This document shows positions 63,757 through 64,000 of a DNA stretch of 64,000 nt, piece by piece (the stretch's first letter is position 1; every line of letters starts with the position of its first letter). The stretch is from Actinomycetota bacterium. Its GTDB lineage: Bacteria; Actinomycetota; Acidimicrobiia; IMCC26256; DASPTH01. Position numbers and translations under genes: made by a program. The stretch is from contig JBKPCV010000033.1 of NCBI GenBank assembly GCA_046727575.1, positions 1,006 through 65,005 on the forward strand, in the 5' to 3' direction. The notes beneath the pieces are model-generated. The model did not search any database and was not told the origin of the DNA. It worked only from the letters and a program-made list of their open reading frames with translations.

Positions 63757-64000
63757 CTAAATGGCGTCTGCCCCGCGTGTTTCGTCGGGAATCGCCGCGT
63801 CGTCGAAGGTGGCCATCTCGTGGAGCACACGCGCTGCGGCTTGAACGATTGGAATCGCGAGGCACCCGCCGGTGCCTTCTCCGAGGCGTAGGTCGAGCGT
63901 GAGGACCGGGTCTAGTCCGAGGTGGGCGAGTGCGATGACGGCACCGGGTTCGGTCGATTGGTGGCCAGCGATGCATCTACAGGCGATGCTGGGCACGAGT
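63757..64000 (-). CDS. cobT: nicotinate-nucleotide--dimethylbenzimidazole phosphoribosyltransferase, C-terminal part (5-prime end beyond the window)
   Basis: [56 protein letters not shown]. Confidence 0.8.
   Translation of the reverse strand, partial: LVPSIACRCIAGHQSTEPGAVIALAHLGLDPVLTLDLRLGEGTGGCLAIPIVQAAARVLHEMATFDDAAIPDETRGADAI

Overview
High-GC (Actinomycetota-like) chromosomal window, annotated by eye from the sequence and the ORF track; no searches or alignments were run. It has two parts.

(1) 1-35.1 kb is ordinary core genome. It carries a PAS/PP2C phosphatase, a UdgX-like uracil-DNA glycosylase, a primary-like sigma factor convergent with an ECF sigma, and a 2-hydroxyacid dehydrogenase. 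It also carries a PHP/HhH protein, Ada, an OafA-type acyltransferase, serS with two tRNA-Ser genes, and pheA. Further along are ppgK, a translationally coupled pgi-gnd-zwf-ridA-msrB block, an envelope-type cluster containing two tandem paralogous ~600-aa polytopic membrane proteins, and an MFS pump.

(2) 35.08-63.40 kb is a ~28.3 kb integrated element in tRNA-Arg(ACG), bounded by exact 45-bp direct repeats.
- Mobility module: tyrosine integrase, XRE-like regulator, excisionase-like HTH and a 1.26k-aa MobF relaxase/helicase. No coupling protein or T4SS is present.
- A diverged, truncated and frameshifted second copy of the relaxase 3-prime end.
- An intact IS21-family element with terminal repeats and a 5-bp target duplication, plus an IS110-like wreck.
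- A cargo region dominated by frameshifted or truncated genes and orphan ORFs.

cobT (partial) resumes the core after attR. No rRNA or CRISPR array was seen. Long Arg/Pro/Ser-rich antisense ORFs in the track are treated as GC-rich shadow frames. Most start codons are uncertain by a few codons.
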